A stretch of 64,000 nucleotides of DNA from contig MNCI01000135.1 of NCBI GenBank assembly GCA_015680685.1, positions 183,762 through 247,761 of the forward strand, given 5' to 3'. Position numbers and translations under genes: made by a program. Under the pieces are notes generated by a model that worked only from the letters and a program-made list of their open reading frames with translations, searched no databases and was not told the DNA's origin. Numbering within the stretch: the first letter of the stretch is position 1; every line of letters starts with the position of its first letter. The DNA comes from Gnetum montanum. Lineage: Eukaryota; Plantae; Gnetophyta. Shown in pieces: positions 38,436 through 52,144 of this stretch.

Positions 38436-39789
38436 GTAAGATTGCCTTTACCATTTTGTTCTTGTCATTCTAAATTAGGATTTGGAGAACATTTAAAGTG
38501 AAACATTTGCTCATTTCAAGATTGAATGTATCTTAATCCCTACATTTTGTTTGGTAATTGGTAAATGCATCGTATATTGCATATTGCATAGTTAAAAGCT
38601 ATATATGCTATTTCAAATTTACTGAAACAATTTTGAATCAACTTTTTCTTGGAAAACATTTGTACGGAATTTAAACCCCTTTATCATTTACTCCATAAAT
38701 AAATACCAACTGTGTACCCCATTTCTATGATGTCATTTGATTAACATGAAGTTCGAAAAACAAAAATCAGAGAGATATGGGCGGCTATGCTTTTGCTAAA
38801 ATGCTTAACTCAAATCTGGAATTTTGATTTCAAAATGCTACTTTGGATAGTCCAAGAAATCTGCATCCAAAAGCACTATTCTTAAGTAATGTGTTTTTGT
38901 AGTTTATAATTTTCAATAATGATATGGATCAGGACAACCACATGATACCAGTTTTTAAACGTTTTGAAACTCATCTGATTTTCTAATTAATAAGAGCAAA
39001 GTTCGAACTGTTTGGGTGAACATGGTTTATTTCTTAGAGCTAGGGATTGGTTTAATTTTGGTATTGTTCGTATTATTTCCATTCAATCATGGAATGCAGC
39101 TTTGGTTTGGTTGTTAAAAGGTTGTCTATGTTGGTTCCAGCCAAAAAAATAAAATAAAATTTGCAGTGAGTGGCCAGTAGAGATCTGGGTTTACCTTGCA
39201 TTAATATTTTTTTTTTTTGTATTTTCCCTTTATGCAATTTGCGATTGTTTTTTTTTTTAAAGCTTTAGCTGTTAAGGTTGCCTGTATCCCTGTTTGTTTA
39301 TCAGTGAACATACTACAATTGATCAGGTAGTTACTGCTTTCTCAAAAATACAAAAGCGGAAAACAAATTAAGAAAAAAAGGAAAAAAACACTTAAAAAAT
39401 AGCGAAAAGGAGGTTTATTATTACGATACTCTATTAATGAAAAGGAGGTTTATTATTACGATCCTGTATTCAAATAAAATCTTTCTGGTCGTTCGATTCA
39501 AAATTGAATTTTAATGCTTGTATCATTAAATAGAATTCTATAATCCATGCACAATTTTTTAAGGTAGACAAAACCACCATGGATATTTTGGATGCCAATC
39601 TCTATCTCATTCACAGTAACTGTCCCATGTTGACTTTAAGGATGTTATGAATGGATTATCTTCATATACTTTGACTAAGAGTTGACTGTTCTATTAACTG
39701 ATCACTTCTTCAATGTTCACATCATAAGTTAATGTCTTTTGATATAAATTATGCATTCAACTCACCGCATTGTTTGACTGTGTGGGCAG

Positions 39790-39950
39790 CCTTACCTATT
39801 GGGAAATATGCAGCAGTTGCTCTTCTAATTGTCTTTGGCCTTAAATCCATCAGAGATGCCATGGAAATTCCTCCTGAGTCAGGAGAGAATGATGGAAATC
39901 GAGCAGAACTTGGAGAACTTGTTGAGGCTGAGGAGCTGGTTAAAGCAAAG
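39790..39950 (+). CDS. CMT1: Internal exon of the CMT1/PAM71-HL-like GDT1-family transporter
   Basis: cag|CC TTA...GCA AAG|gtatt; (T)LPIGKYAAVALLIVFGLKSIRDAMEIPP...ELGELVEAEELVKAK; 161 nt, frame-compatible with the previous exon. Confidence 0.93.
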
Positions 39951-41933
39951 GTATTTGAAATGCAAAATGTTCATTTTTATATAGTAGTTCTTCCATTGAA
40001 TTCTCAGTTAATTTGAAATTATAATATACTTGATCATAGAGCTCGTAGATGACAGCTTTTTGACAAAAGAAAATCATGGACTTGAATAGTTTGATGTTTT
40101 TTAGATTAATCGTATCTGTGCAAGACAGTGGTCCACCTAGATACTAAGTAAGAAAAAATGATGCCATCTATCCACTGGGTAATTGTAGACAGAATTTTTA
40201 CCATGTGGACATGTCAAAAATTAAGTGATAGGGGTCCTGCCGGTATTGACAAATGGGATTTATCATACACAATGTAGTACGATCCAGTCATAAGCTTTGA
40301 AGACGTTGTTGAGTGGATTGCTAAGAACAACAAATATAAGAGATTATAATACATATTATACAAATGAAAACCCATGTTACCATGGTGGAAGATAGAGAAC
40401 ATATTTATAATTTTATGTTTTTTAATTTTTATGGATTTTACGATTATAAAAAACAAAATGAACATAAACACATGCATCACAATCCCTCTTGGGGATAGGT
40501 TGAATGTTCATGTTGCAATCTCTCTTGGGATAAGTGCAACGCCACATACGAAATGCAATAAAATGGCTCTTAGTCACGACCTTGATGCCCCAACACCATG
40601 CTGTAAAATTATGGTCTCCTTGGATAAGGAACGAATCATTACAGCTCAATTAAATGGAAATTAAATAAATATTTTTATTGTTTTTAATGTTTAATGCATG
40701 AATGGTGAAAGAAGGAAAAACCATGAGCTTTATTTATTACCCAAATATTAAACTTCGCATTGACCAAATGGCTTCAGGCTACATCAGCAAGGTAACACTT
40801 ATAGAGTCTGGTAGCATTTGTGAAAGTGACAACTCAAATACACATAAGACAAGGAAATAAAATCAAATTGCCCAAGGAAGAAAGAGCTCTTCACATAAAC
40901 TAGACACTAAAAGCTCAAATGAAATCAAAGTTATGAATAAGATGTGTAAATGAGCTCATCCTAGGTATTTATAGTTTTCGTGTAGAAACGGAGGAGGCTT
41001 GTTAGCCCCTAGGTGTCAATGGAGGTCCATCAACACAACCCAAGCTGATCCTAGTTACACGAAAGGCAAAGCTAGGTGAATCAGGCCTAGTAGGGGGTGC
41101 ATAAGTGCCCTTGCACTAATGCAGGATAGTCAACACACCCTTCCAAACCACATATTGCGTGAACAATTCCGAATGAAAGTTGGCACTCAAGGGAGCATGT
41201 TGAAAGGAGCAAATGATGTTTGAATGAAGCTAATCCTAAAGAGCTTGGAATCATGCACATAATCTCAAAATGTGACACAAGAGGCTAGGGTGCATCTTGG
41301 AAGAGCATGAATCTCGACTGAACATGCTAGACTACAAACATAGGGCATATTAAACACTTCTCCAAATCCTTGGCTCACAATTGATATACAAATGGCCACT
41401 GGATGCTTCATCATTCCCCCATGACTAGCTAAAGCTAGTCCCATAGCTTTAACACTTAAGACACAAGGACTGAGACTAGACACATGATAAGGTTGATGTA
41501 GAGGAATTATAGTTATACAATTACTTTGACACAAACACATTAGAAAATTGCCACATTGAGAAGAGGAGCCAAGGGATAATCGTTGACAAGAAGAGTCCCC
41601 TGGCATGCTTGCAAGTTGAAGACACCTCAGACTTGATAGAATGATCTTTGATAAGTCTTTTGGCTTGTATCTAATTGCTGATTGTTGTGCATGCCCCTTG
41701 TAGTTTGGGAATGTTATCCTTTCACCTCTAGATCTTCCTTTTGAGAGAGGCTTCAGGTCCTAGATTGAATAGGTATCTTTCAAGTGGATTGAATGGTGTT
41801 GTCTTCATGGGCTCTAGGAGTGCACTTGCCTGTCAACTTAAATTGCAACAATGCTAAAAATCTTGTGAAATCTTTAGGCATTAAACCACCATTGAAAAAG
41901 TCATGCATGATAACAATGGTAAGTATAATTCCC

Positions 41934-43501
41934 TAAGATTGCAAGAGTATAGAGTTTCTTTCTAGGTCTAGTCCCGAAGATTGCCAATGGGTAGGTCCCT
42001 AGGTCGATGCTTCCTCCTCTTTGGCATCAGGTTGCTGAGCTTATAGATTGCTATCTTTTCTACTCAGGGAATGTCTGGAAGTTGGAGGGTGTCCATTTTG
42101 CGTTTTTATGGTGTAGGTGTATGAGTTGACATGTGAATGCCCCTAAGTTCTTCTCGGTCTCCCTGCATTAGGAACGGCTAGAGAGGTATTCTAGGCTTAT
42201 CCTTGTGCTATGGAGGGTGGTGTAGCTTGTTGATCTGATGTTTGTTAGGCCCTTGCCTTTTACCTATGTGTATAGGTGGCAATGACTGCTGGAGGAGGCC
42301 TCCTCATCTTCTACCCTTGCGTCGGGGATAAATGTTGTGCATTTGGGGGAGTGGTTTGTGTCTGCTATGGCTTCGGCAGATGAGCAATTCCTCCTAGCTT
42401 AGGAAACCCTATGCCAAGAGTTGCAGGCCAAGTATGAGGAGCAACTCTGTAGGATGGTGGCAGAACATGGAGATTAGGGTGCATGAGGAGAAGCATGCAA
42501 AGTTGGAGGCCATGCTCCTTAAACGGACCTAAGAGGATCATGCCAAGGCTTTGGAGGAGAGCCTGCATTGCAAGGAGTCTTAGGAGCAAAACGGGCACCA
42601 AAAACGATGCAAGGTGGCCTTGTGGAGTGAAACGGAGGAGCTGTTGTGGAGATAGATCTAGTAGGATTTGCTTAGGGAAGAGTAGCAGCAGAAGTTGCAC
42701 GAAGAGGAAGAGGAAGAGAAATGTATTTGGACTCTTCTTGAGGAACAAGAAATGAAGAGCAGGTTGGATGAGGCACATGAATTTGATGCTTGCTGCTAGC
42801 TTAGGGAGGGGCGATGCCCTTACGTGATTATGGATATAAGAAGAAATGTTACGTGGATTGCTCTGCGCTACTATATTCAGGCCAATGTGGTTGAGTTCCA
42901 CCTTGACAGGGCTCAAAAGTTCCCTACTGAAGAGAGACAGGTGAAGGAGGAAAAGTACAAGCATTTTCAGGAGGTTGTGGCATGACCATCCAACATTGGA
43001 GGGGGGTCTTGGATGGGATCCACTCTCAGGAGAGGGTTAGGTGTGCCTACACCTGACTACTACATCATGTCTAATGTGGCCTTTGTTGTTGGGTTTTAGT
43101 CCATGTTTTGTCCTTGTTTGTGGTTTCCCCTTTGGTGGGTTTGTGTTTCCCTATGTGGGACAGATTGTCTTACTTGTGGTTGCTCCTTAGTGGGCCTATT
43201 GGTTAACTGTTTGTTATCCCTTGCACTATGGTTGCCCCTTCATCTACGGTGAGGGGGTAGTTATCTCCTTTGTGATGTAATGTTCCTTTGGATGGTGGTT
43301 CTCCCTTAGAGTTTTTGTATTGGGGGTGGTTCCCCCTTAGGATTTTGTTTTTTGTCTTTTTTTTGGGGGGTGGGGGGAGGGGAGGGGGAAGGGTAGGGGA
43401 GTGGGGTGCAGGTGGTGGTGGGATGGGGGCAGGGTCTCTTCCCTACCGATTGTACATACTTTCTCAGATTAATTTAACTTGACCATTTTCCAAAAAAGAA
43501 G
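41934..43501 (+). mobile_element. 5'-truncated LINE copy 6 (accessory-domain end, coiled coil, J-domain, 3' UTR); 13-bp TSD AAGTATAATTCCC
   Basis: TSD at 41921-41933 and 43502-43514; WKLEGVHFAFL..VNAPKFF; RCPYVIMDIRRNVTWIALRYYIQANVVEFHLDRAQK..EEKYKHFQEVVA (~42810-42985); A-rich tail. Confidence 0.9.
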
Positions 43502-43878
43502 AAGTATAATTCCCAAAAAAAAACATGAAAAACAAACTCATAGCCTAATGCTAAACACGTACACAGGTATGACAAATAAGATAGAATGGAAAACACATCC
43601 CCAACAGTGTCCTTGTAAAACTTTTTCTGTTTGCAATAAAGCTTTCTGTTTGTGCTTAAGTTTCTCTATTATTGCTGTGTTTGTGAAATTTGCTAAGAGA
43701 GAAGAGAGAGCTTAAGAGCTGGTATCAGAGCCTAGTTTGCGAGTCTTGGCATTCTGCCATCTTGACAAAACTGGTGTGCGTAAGACTGAAAGCATGGTTT
43801 GCTATGTTTCATTATGTGGAGCTTGAGATTGTGTAAGTCCTGCTGAAGTAGACGGACAAATGATAGGGCAGAGAGATT

Positions 43879-44508
43879 TTGCCCGTTGTTGTAAACAAAC
43901 ACCTGCAAATTTTTGTCAAGGAAGTCCTAGGTACATTGACTGTTCCGTACTTTGCTAGAATGTCTGAATTCATTTCCAAGGTAGATTGTTCAAAAACTTT
44001 GGTTCTTCTTGAAGCATCCGTGTCTGATCTGTATGCTACGAAGAAATTTAAGTTCAATGTCTCATCTAAAAGCTTTAAAATCTCTGAAATAGATCTTGAG
44101 ATTTCAGCTCAAGGGCTTAGACCGGTTTATCTTAACTTTTTCAGTAAGGATGATATACTTAAGTGGCAATCTATGGGATATAACTATATTTATTTCACAG
44201 AAGTTTCTATTGTGATCCTTCCACACTTTAATTACAGATTACAATGCCCGTATTTCATCACTCTTCTTGATAGAAGATTGAAGAAATACAAACAAGTTGT
44301 GATCTCACAAGTAAAAGGACACTTAGATTTTGATTTTGATGCGTGCATCATTACATTACCCAATATCACTATGTCACTTAATGATGCTAATATATTAAAG
44401 TCCTTGATGTTGGTTGTTTGTATTCATATATCTATAGAAATAGGATCTGTAAATATGGAAATAGGATCTGTAAATGCTACTGTAGGACCACGTTTGTGTT
44501 TTTTGTGA
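43879..44508 (+). pseudogene. Caulimovirid 30K-type movement protein
   Basis: GYNYIYFTEVSIVILPHF..YFITLLDRR..VISQVKGHL..LPNITMSLNDANILKSLML matches the 30K MP core (YIH..V.I.I.P..LLD.R..PN...SL.D..I.K.L). Confidence 0.88.
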
Positions 44509-45445
44509 TTCTTCTACCATTACCATTCCAACCTTAATCCCCTTTGCGCAACAAGTTATTCAAGCAGGTACCTTCAATGTCAAATGTGGCATTTTTGTTG
44601 ATTTGGAAGGGTTGCCTATCTCTTATCTGTGCCTTGATGACCTGGTCCAATCATACGATAAACTTTCAAAACCACAAACCTCTTTCTTTGGACCAGCCAA
44701 AATGCCATTACTTAGTACTTCTCAAGACCGAGAAATTCACACCTCACAAGCTTATTCTACTTGATTCCCTTGCTAGTTCTTCCAAAAGAGCTCTCTTATC
44801 TCCCTGAAGGATCTTCTTCTGATGAAGAAACCTTCATATCTAGACCATCAACCTTTGAAAGTGAACAACCTATATCTAGCACAGTGATTGATCCATCGTG
44901 TCCACACCTAGAACTCTAGAAACAAACACATACTTATAGGGTAAAGAATGTGCATCACTTCTCAATATCAACACGTTTAAAGTTTCTGAAGTCTTGAGAA
45001 TGGATCTGGATCAAGAATTCCAATATCATTTTAGTACCACTTTAGTTGATAAGCTTAGGGAACCTGATACTTCTACTTGAGCAGATCCCTGTCATAAATT
45101 CTATAAATTATGCATGAAACAATCTGAAAAAGCGGAAGATATTTCAGATACTGTCAAACTACAAAACTGGAATAATGAAGCTACTTATCATCTATACAAG
45201 AGTATCCAACTCATAGATAGAGATGTTCGGGGAATACAAAACAGTTTAAAGAAACATCCTCTAAGCCAAAATCCTCATCTACTCAGCCTAAAACAATTAT
45301 TCCTCCTACCGGCACATGTAAATCCTCTCCTCCTAGGAATGTACATAGGGCTCTTATTAAAGGAAAAACAAAACAAATATATGCTAGCCAAGTTATGCAG
45401 GTAGATCAACAATCTACTTATTCTCATTAGTCTGGAACACAACAG

Positions 45446-46343
45446 ATGCAAATAGATATTCCAAATATCCCCAACATACGTACTATCCCTACCAAAGAAA
45501 TTACCTTTAATATAAATAAAGCAGACTATGAAGAAAAAAACCTTACGATACAAAAAATAGGTGGTTTGATCAATACGTATGTTGTCCTCCACCGTAAGTC
45601 TATTAGAGAAGCCATACAAAGCATTATTTTTGGATTTACAGGCATCCCACGATTCTGGTGGGAAACTCTTCCTACACAACCTTTAGATGTTAAAGAAGAA
45701 TTATTAAATTCTTCAAATAAAGACTTCGTTAATGCTTTAATAAAGGCATTTCTGGTTATTAAAACTGAATTATCAGATTTTGCCAGAGAACGCTTCTTAG
45801 AAGCTAAGTTAGAGACTAGGTCTAAGATGAATATTTACACTAGAGGATTATTTGTTGTTATACTGGAGGTTCATTACATGATAATACTGCCAAAACAACA
45901 GTTTTACTCTTATTTATTGATTACTTTAAGGATCATTACAAAGTAGAAATGGGACCCCATAGTAAAGATATAGAATCCACGAGTTTCAGGGAAATATGCC
46001 AATTTATTAAAGAAGTCCAATTTCTTATGTGTTTTTAGATTAAAGCACAACATGCTATGTACAAACATAAGAAACAATTTGGACATTCCTTCTGTTATCA
46101 ACATTTCCTTGATTATTATGGCTTGCGGAAACCTCTTGAACTTAGAACTAGGAAAACAACTAAGAAGAAGTCTTGTGATAAATGTGGACTCATAAATCCA
46201 GGGCTTCTTACTTCTCCAAGCAATGTCCCAAACCTAAGTTCAACAAGAAAAAGAAATATTTTAGATGTAGAACTACTAGAAAATCCTTGAAGGAAATACA
46301 ATGTTTTATTTGTTGTCAAAATCATTATGCTCATAAATGTCTT
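45446..46343 (+). pseudogene. Caulimovirid coat protein region with CCHC zinc knuckle (continues at 58861)
   Basis: GFTGIPRFWW-type capsid motif; K-rich stretch; CFICCQNHYAHKC knuckle cut at the LINE TSD. Confidence 0.7.
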
Positions 46344-48594
46344 TGTTTTTCTGGAAAATGTTCGAGCGATATCATTCCAAAAAAGAAGGCTGTACAAATG
46401 TACAACATGGGTCATCGACCCTGGGCCCCAAGCCCCACCCCAACCATGTGGCTCCATAGCCCACTACAATGTGTCCCAAAACATGCGTCCGTAGGAATTG
46501 GTTGGTCTCATAGCCCCAAAATCCCCAACACCACTAGTTTGGAGGATAGACGCCCTAAAACCTTGGCATAGTCAATACACAACCACCAGGGCAAAAGAAA
46601 AAAATTGACACACCAAACAGCAAAAACAAACGGAGAGAAACCCACCGGTTTGGCCAAGCCACGTTGCATTACAGAGGCGTGTCCAGCCCCAAGCCACCGC
46701 TCCCCACTGTCATGGTCAGCTGTGAAACTGACCAATTGCGTTTAGCTGCAGCAAAGGCCTCGAAAGCCGCTAAGGTGGCCACAGTCTGCGTAACCATGGT
46801 GCTGGGCCCAAGCGCCAATCTCTAATTGGTTCGCTTCGATGAGCTACACTAGGCTCGTTTGGTGCTCAGCGAATGTTGTTTCCATCCATTGGAGGTCTTG
46901 CAACACCTCCTGTCTGGCCTCCTGCTACATGTCCTCCCATTGTTGTTTCCATAGCACATCCTTCTCCAAGCGCACCTGCTCTATGGCGACCAAAAACATT
47001 GGTGGCTAGAGCACTGAGAGGTTCATGGGTGCATAGCCTAACCCCACGTCTGCACGATGGCCTACTGGAGGTAGAGACAAGGTGCCTTGAATGGTCTTGT
47101 CGATCGAACAGGGACTTACCAAATCAACCGAGGGTGCAATGTGGTTAGTTACAATGCTAATGCAAAACGATGCGGAGTGTTTACGCGGTGTCAACGATGT
47201 TAATGGTGTTGAGCGTAGTCAAGTTTTTCGGCAAAAACGAGGGCGTCAACATGCGGGGACTATAGCTTGAGTGTAGTTGTAGGCACGACTATGCGATGAA
47301 ACAACGAAAAATGCAAATGAAATGCTAAAAATGCAAAGAGAGAGAGAGAAGTAGAACACCACCCCAAATGGGGTTGAGTGTAGTTAACACCAAAAGGGGT
47401 TAGAAGGTACACGTGGTATAATAGGCGTAGTGGAGAGCGTAGTCATAGTCTTAGAGGTGTTTGGTTGTGAAGNTGTAGTGGAGAGCGTAGTCATAGTCTT
47501 AGAGGTGTTTGGTTGTGAAGACTGGTGCTCGCCAAGGTGTTTGCATTTGCTGAGTTAGTCGCTGTGGTGTACCATGGGTTGTGGTGGGGCTACGATGGGG
47601 CCACGGTCATCTGCAACTTCACCAAATGCTAACCCAAAAATTTGCCAACCCTTGAGTTGCCAAAATGCCCACCCTGAAAACGTTGAGGGCGCAGGGTATA
47701 TATAGGGTTAGGGTTAGCACGAAATGCGACATGATCGCCACGTGGTAGAGGCAATGGTTGGGACTATACTCTCATTCAACTATGCTCTCCACTGGGTTGG
47801 TGGGTCGAGAGTAGTTACAATTTTGGGCAAGAGGGGATGCAAGAGAGAGAGAGATTCCACCGACTATGCTTGTTGGGGATGAGTTGATTGTGTTGGTGTG
47901 CTGTTGCTATGCTGTGGAGGCCACTAGAGGCTGTTATGGTTGACTACGCTATGCACTGGAGGCTGACTAGAGGCTAACTACGCTTTCAACTGGGGTTGAG
48001 CGTAGTCTCAACACTTAGAAAAATTTGCAAAAATTGGGCCTTCATGCTAACTATGCTCTCCACAAGAGGCTGACTACGCTCTGGGGCAGTGGAGAGCATA
48101 GTCTCATCACTTAGAAAAATTTGTAGCTTCTAGCTTCGCAATAACACTTAGAAAAAATTGCAAAACTGGCCTTTGTGTTGACTACACTCTCTACTGGAGG
48201 CTAACTACACTCTCAATTGGGGTCGAGCGTAGTCTCAATTGCAAAAATTGGGCCTTCATGCTAACTATGCTCTCCACAAGAGGCTGACTACGCTCTGGGG
48301 CAGTGGAGAGCATAGTCTCATCACTTAGAAAAATTTGTAGCTTCTAGCTTCGCAATAACACTTAGAAAAAATTGCAAAACTGGCCTTTGTGTTGACTACG
48401 CTCTCTACTGGAGGCTAACTACACTCTCAATTGGGGTCGAGCGTAGTCTCAACACTTAGCCAAATTTGTAGTCGAGACATTGTAGTCCAAATTCGGTGGT
48501 GTTTCATTGGCCCCTCATTGTTGATGTCTGGAGGAGTGGCCTAAGAGACGTCAACAAAGAACAACAAAACACCATAGTAGGCTACATGTAGTTG

Positions 48595-48790
48595 TGGTAG
48601 TTTAAGGCCATGAGGCCATTCCAGGCTGCAATGTTGCCAGTTTAAGGTGATGGCGGGTTGCGACGTTGCCAGTTTAAGGCCATGGCAGGCCACAACTTTG
48701 CCAGTTTAAGGCCATGGCGGGCCACGTGTTGCTAATTTAAGGCCATAGCAGGCCGCGTGTTGCAAGTTTAAGGCCATAGCAGGCCAATGC
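48595..48790. repeat. ~30-bp tandem repeat array in the Tat 3' UTR
   Basis: Six to seven copies of (TTGCC)AGTTTAAGGCCATGGCGGGCC-like units. Confidence 0.85.
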
Positions 48791-51700
48791 TATTTGTCTT
48801 CTTTTTTTCTAATTTTAGCTTTTATGATTTTTATGCATTTTGATGTTTTGTTAATAATTGCAAAGGTGTGAACTAACAAGGCGAGTGCGTAAACTAAGCG
48901 GATGAATGCGTAATCAAAGCAAATAAATGCATAAACAAAGCAAAACAATGCATAATCTAAGCAATTAGGCTAAATGTAAATGCGTCAACAAATGCGAAGT
49001 AAGCGAAAGGTAAAACACATGATGTGTAGAATCGAAGAGTAGGTAGGCACCTAGCGCATTTTGAGTTAAGGGGATACCTTAGTCACGTAGTTGCTTCCTA
49101 ATCTAGTGTGGGTTAGGGGGCACGTAAGGCATAGATTGCACTATTCGGTAGTCTCCTTGACCTTCGCTCATTACGTTAAAGGGAAATTCTGCCCATAGGG
49201 CATCTTCTGGTAGGTCATCGGTTTTTTCCATCCTTTTAGGTGTGTCAGCCTTATGCGTTTCGTTGCCATCCTTTATTGCGGATGCATCATTAGGGAACTC
49301 CACCTCTGACCCTTGCTTTGTATCGATGTTGTTGATAGCCAAAGTGGCAGCGTTATCACCATGGATGATAACTTCACCAGCTTCATACAGAAGGTGGATT
49401 TCTTGGTGGATCGGAGAGGAAACAGCTCGCAATTGGGCCAGCCATGGCCTGCCCAGAATTAAGTTAAAGCATGGCATTTCCTCTATGACGATGAATTCAG
49501 CAATGGTGGGGAATTCATCCCATACTACAAAGACTATGGTGATGGTACCCTTAACGACGACATGTGACTCGTTAAAGGACTTTAGGCATGTGGTTTTCAT
49601 TGGCTTGATTTGATTTGTGAGGCCTAGTTTGTCAATGACGGTGCAGGGAATTACGTTGTTGTTGCTTTGTCATCAACATGCACTCTCCATATCTTGCGTT
49701 GCCCGACATGTATGGTGATGAACATGGGTGCTGTTATGACCTCACCCTTCTTAGGATTGACCTTAATTGCTTTGTTGTGAAACGCTAGGGATGTTGGACT
49801 TGATTCCTATGGTGCAAGGGGCCAACATCACTGCATGGATGGAGTTCTCATTTTCCGGGATGTCTTTCGTGATAGGAATGGAGGTTAGCATCTGCACTAG
49901 TGCTTCGCGGTGGGCAGATGAGGTCATGATTAGGTCATAGAGGCTCAATGTTGTGTTTTTTTGTTTGAGTGCTTGCTTAAACTAGGCTAATGCATCCACG
50001 AAGTCTTTGCCATTAGTTGCGTTTTTATTGGCTTTGACTTCTTCCATACATCCTAAAAGAGGAATTTTGCGGGGAGGTGACTTTGGCTTTGTTGGTTTGG
50101 CTTATGTAGGGGCCTCAATGCTTGGTTGCGATTTGCTGGTCGTGGCCTATTCAGTTGCCTTGGCCATGAAGACTACTGAGATAGGGACTGGCTTCAATAG
50201 ACCAAACGCTATTTGGTTTCATTGTTGCTTAGCCATTTCATCTGTGAGGCATTTGTTGGGCCTCTTGTGTTGCCATCTAGTGGGTTTACCCATGTTGTCG
50301 ATGGGGTTGGCCCTTGGACGAGAAGGGGTCGATGCATCGCCCACTTTCGGGCTTCAGATAGGTGAGGGGCCAGCACGTTGTGGCACCCTAATGACAAATG
50401 GTAGTTGAGTTGTTGTTGCAACATGTTGTGGGACTTTGACCATGAAGGGTGTTGTGGGTGCTTGAGGTGGCACTTTGACGACAAAGGAGGGCCTCAAACT
50501 TGTGGAGGCTGAGTGGACCCTTGCACTACTGGAAGGCACTCGGACCACAAAAGGTTGCTACATCGATTATGACTTGCCAGCTACGTTGATGGTGTTTATG
50601 ACGTAGCTAGTACCATCCACGTTTAGAGGGTCATTGTACACCCCCATGGATTGGTTTTGGGGCCTAACAGGTTTGCCATGTCAAGCACTAGTTCACCGCT
50701 ATCTATCATCCTTTGCAGATCATTTTGCAAAGCTCGACAAAAGTCTGTGTTATGACCAAACAATTGGTGATAGTGATAGAATTGGTCCAGCCTGAAGTGC
50801 TGTGGGATCGGGGGCTCGTTGGGTGCTGGTTGTGTGGTCCATGACCTAGTTGTAGGTTGCAAGACCATGTGAGGTGCTTGTTGCATTGGTTGTGTTATGG
50901 GCACAATGATTGGGGCAAGCCACGTGTGTGTGGGTTCGACCATTGTTGAGGGTGCCAACGAAACAGGCAAGATGTAAGGTGCCTGAGTTGTTTGGGGTTG
51001 GAAGACATGCACTGTGTAAACGTAAGGTTGAGTTGGCGTGATTGTTGTTGGCAAAGATGAATGGGAAGGCTGCGATAATGCTACAAAGGGCAAGTTAATA
51101 GGAGGCACTATATTGTGATGTGTATGTTGTGTTTGGTGCATCGCTATCATAGGCGTTGACCTAGAAGGTGATGTTGGGGCTATGATTGTCTCAATAAAGA
51201 TAGGTGAATGGGATTGCAGGAGGGTTAGACTAGGGGTTGTTCGCTAGAAGATGGTGTGGAAGGAATCCTTGTGCTCGGAACGTGCTTCGAACTCGTCTTC
51301 CTTCCCCTATAAGGGCTCCTCGTAGTTTGTTCATACTTCATGCTCATTTGCTTGAATGAGTTGGGCAAGTATCCAATGGTAGGGTTCCATGAGTAGGATG
51401 AAGTTGATTGAGGAGGGGACGTACTCTTGCCCATTTCGGTGGATAAGCTTGTAGCCCCGTTTTGCTTCCATGTCCAAGTAGCCTACGAATAGGCTTGCTT
51501 GGGTCTTTGCACAAATAAAGTTATATTGTTCATTGTTTAGCGCGGTATACTCGTGGTCTTGACTACATAGCCTAAGGGATTGCCTTGGCTTTGCCATAGT
51601 AGGACTGGCAAGGTTGTCAATCTTGGTTTTTTGTTGGGTGGGCAAGACAACGAGTGTGCTCGAGATTGATGTTGAAGGTTGTTCAGAACTCATGTGCGGA

Positions 51701-52127
51701 TTAATTTTCAAGAGGGGATTGTAGAGGTTGCTAGTTGCGGAAAATGGCTAACTTTGTTGGTTGTAGAAAATGGCTAACTCTGGTGACTGCAAAAAATGGC
51801 TAACTTTGGTGGCTACGTTGTCTACACTGAGAGCTAACTACGTTGTCTACGCTAAGAGCTAACTATGCTCTCTATTGAGTGCTTAGAATTCGGCTAACTA
51901 TGGGAATGTGTGTTGCTACCCAGGGTTTTGAAGGAACCGACTACAGGGTCCAATCTACACTAACCGGTTAATAGACGACGTTTGCGTCAGCCTAAGATCC
52001 AACTACTGTTGCATGTGTAGTAGGTGCACAGGGGTGTCACGGTCTACACTAGCCCAAAGTTAGCAATGGTGATGTAGAGAGTATGCAAGACAATTGCAAC
52101 GGAGACTAAAGAGGAAAATGGTTCAGG

Positions 52128-52144
52128 CCCTCCTTCTAGTGCTA
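52128..52144 (-). promoter_or_regulatory. Primer binding site complementary to tRNA-Asn
   Basis: rc TAGCACTAGAAGGAGGG versus TGGCGCTAGAAGGAGGG expected from the plant tRNA-Asn 3' end (two G>A changes), adjacent to the LTR. Confidence 0.7.

Noticed and set aside
40778-40791. Possible next CMT1 micro-exon (cag|GCTACATCAGCAAG|gtaac)
   Set aside because: 14 nt, would break the frame, and lacks the expected NPLEI..KSFSLVFFAEWGD sequence
40150-41920. Possible further TE remnants or small ORFs
   Set aside because: No motif, terminus or TSD that I could support by eye
43720-43732. PBS of an LTR retrotransposon
   Set aside because: No LTR-terminal CA before it, and it is followed by a movement protein, which fits a caulimovirid
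47425-47520. ~46-bp direct repeat around a single n
   Set aside because: Typical contig-overlap artefact; absent from the other LTR
48595-48790. CRISPR-like array
   Set aside because: Head-to-tail degenerate repeats without unique spacers, in a eukaryotic LTR-element 3' UTR; no cas genes
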